From an uncultured Zetaproteobacteria bacterium (GTDB lineage: Bacteria > Pseudomonadota > Zetaproteobacteria > Mariprofundales > Mariprofundaceae), in assembly GCA_964492105.1 (NCBI GenBank), contig CAZBJB010000001.1, forward strand, positions 1 through 55,291: 55,291 nucleotides of DNA, in the 5' to 3' direction. Position numbers and translations under genes: made by a program. The notes below the pieces were generated by a model that did not search any database, was not told the origin of the DNA, and saw only the letters and a list, made by a program, of their open reading frames with translations. Below, piece by piece: positions 53,773 to 55,291 of this stretch. How positions within the stretch are numbered: position 1 is the stretch's first letter; each line of letters begins with the position of its first letter.

Positions 53773-55140
53773 ATGTACGTTTCCAGTTTGACAGCATTAT
53801 CTCCGCTTGATGGACGTTATGCGGGAAAAATTGCGCCTCTCCGACCGATTTTCAGTGAATTCGGACTCATCCGCGCACGCGTAACCGTTGAAATCCGTTG
53901 GTTGCGAATGCTTGCCGACCATCCGGATATCCATGAAGTGCCCGGATTGTCCGTGTCCAGCGGAAAAGCCCTGGAGAGCATCATTGAAGATTTCGATGAA
54001 AACGATGCCACGCGCGTTAAACATATCGAAACCGATACCAATCACGACGTCAAGGCCGTGGAATACTTTCTTAGGGAAAAGTTTTCCATTTACACGGAAC
54101 TGAAGGCCATATCCGAATTTCTGCATTTCGCCTGTACATCCGAGGACATTAACAACCTCGCTTACGCCCTGATGCTCAAGCGTGCACGCGATGAGATCAT
54201 GATTCCCTGTGTGGATGAACTGATTGACAAGATTGTCAAAGGTGCTCACGTCATGGCCAATGCATCCATGTTATCCCGAACACACGGCCAGCATGCAAGC
54301 CCGACGACCATGGGTAAGGAATGGGCTAACGTCGCTTACCGCTTGCAACGACAACGGGAACAGCTATTGGCTACGCCCATGATGGGGAAAATCAACGGTG
54401 CTGTCGGCAACTATAATGCGCATTGGATCAGCTATCCGGATGTGGACTGGCAGAATACCGCAAAGCATTTCGTGGAATCACTGGGATTAACATGGAACCC
54501 CTATACCACGCAGATTGAACCCCACGACTTTATCGCGGAAATGGGCGATATTTTCTCTCGTCTCAACAACGTGCTCATGGATTTTTGCCGCGATACATGG
54601 GGCTACATCTCGCTGGGTTATTTTCGTCAGATGCCTGTTCCCGGGGAAGTGGGTTCCTCCACGATGCCGCACAAGATCAATCCGATCGATTTTGAAAACG
54701 CCGAGGGAAACCTGGGCCTGGCCAATGCAATTTTTGGGCATCTGACGGCGAAACTTCCGGTTTCCCGTTGGCAACGCGACCTTTCCGACTCCACTGTATT
54801 GCGCAGCCTTGGAACGGCTTTTGGTCACAGCCTGCTTGCCTGGCAATCCGTTCAGTGTGGTATGAATAAGCTCGAACTCAACGAAACAGGGATGAAGAAA
54901 GACCTGGATGGTGCATGGGAAGTGCTGGGCGAGGCCATTCAAACGGTCATGCGCCGTTACGGTTTGCCAAATCCCTACGAACAAATGAAAGCACTCACAC
55001 GTGGCAAAAGAATGGATGGAACAAGCCTGCGCACCTTTGTTCAGAACCTGGATATTCCGGATGCCGCAAAACAGCAGTTGATGGCCTTGACGCCTGAAAC
55101 CTACACAGGCAATGCAAGTGAACAGGCCCGTAATCTGTAA
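53773..55140 (+). CDS. purB: Adenylosuccinate lyase
   Basis: LTALSPLDGRYAGKIAPLRPIFSEFGLIRARV, the fumarate-lyase signature GSSTMPHKINP, and 455 aa from the ATG at 53773. Confidence 0.93.
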   Translation: MYVSSLTALSPLDGRYAGKIAPLRPIFSEFGLIRARVTVEIRWLRMLADHPDIHEVPGLSVSSGKALESIIEDFDENDATRVKHIETDTNHDVKAVEYFLREKFSIYTELKAISEFLHFACTSEDINNLAYALMLKRARDEIMIPCVDELIDKIVKGAHVMANASMLSRTHGQHASPTTMGKEWANVAYRLQRQREQLLATPMMGKINGAVGNYNAHWISYPDVDWQNTAKHFVESLGLTWNPYTTQIEPHDFIAEMGDIFSRLNNVLMDFCRDTWGYISLGYFRQMPVPGEVGSSTMPHKINPIDFENAEGNLGLANAIFGHLTAKLPVSRWQRDLSDSTVLRSLGTAFGHSLLAWQSVQCGMNKLELNETGMKKDLDGAWEVLGEAIQTVMRRYGLPNPYEQMKALTRGKRMDGTSLRTFVQNLDIPDAAKQQLMALTPETYTGNASEQARNL

Positions 55141-55159
55141 GTATACACTCATACTATAG

Positions 55160-55291
55160 TGGACCCCAAATTCAGGACAGGTTCTTAAGGTAGATTCAAG
55201 GGTATTGTTTCTCTCCAGAAAGGAGAAGAGGATGATACGAAAACATTATAGCAAAGCGGTGAAAGCGCAGGTGGCTCTGGAAGCGATCAAG
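55160..55291 (+). mobile_element. Left end of an IS3-family insertion sequence (continues beyond the right edge)
   Basis: A possible IRL starts TGGACCCCAAATTCAGG 20 nt after the purB stop. An orfA-like start MIRKHYSKAVKAQVALEAIK sits at 55232 after AGGAGAAGAGG. Confidence 0.6.
55232..55291 (+). CDS. IS3-family transposase OrfA (HTH_Tnp_1 type), first 20 codons only
   Basis: The ..K.KVALEAIK motif is typical of IS3-family OrfA N-termini. Not in the ORF track because there is no stop codon within the window. Confidence 0.55.
   Translation, partial: MIRKHYSKAVKAQVALEAIK

Overview
This is a 55.3-kb chromosomal segment with betaproteobacterial-type synteny (rpsF-priB-rpsR-membrane protein-rplI-dnaB-alr). 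I call about 45 protein-coding genes.

Nt 1-27918 are entirely minus-strand:
- a TpsA/filamentous-haemagglutinin-like exoprotein that runs off the left edge and is missing from the supplied ORF track
- a Cyc2-like fused cytochrome-porin
- a sigma54-type response regulator plus histidine kinase
- a TlpA/CcdA thiol-reduction pair
- a Cu(I) P-type ATPase
- a glgP-glgX-FMN oxidoreductase-xfp-ackA-cfa block
- folK, ggt, a SPOR protein, an M23 peptidase, xseA and dksA

From nt 28557 the genes are mostly plus-strand: ribosomal proteins, dnaB, alr, an Mla-like ABC system, TPR-GCS2 ligase-M20 amidohydrolase, fxsA, a BI-1 protein, pgsA (minus strand), a CapD-like enzyme, priA, erpA, an ABC-2 exporter, a HelZ-like SNF2 helicase with a SWIM protein, and purB. 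An IS3-family element begins at the right edge. I recognised no rRNA, tRNA or CRISPR array.

Intergenic space is colonised by three families of short dispersed repeats bounded by inverted termini:
- A: about 161 bp with a 4-bp target-site duplication (TSD)
- B: about 163 bp with a 5-bp TSD
- C: about 170-240 bp and REP-like
A is twice nested inside B.

The most interesting candidates:
1. The Cyc2-like cytochrome-porin and its co-directional regulatory, thiol-reduction and copper module, a possible extracellular electron-transfer or iron-oxidation locus.
2. The uncharacterised SNF2 plus SWIM gene pair.
3. The glycogen-to-phosphoketolase-to-acetate-kinase block, which carries a decayed glgX relic.
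4. The demonstrably mobile miniature inverted-repeat elements (MITEs), some of which supply start or stop codons or sit in 5' regions.

Coordinates of non-ORF features were read by eye and may be off by 1-2 nt.
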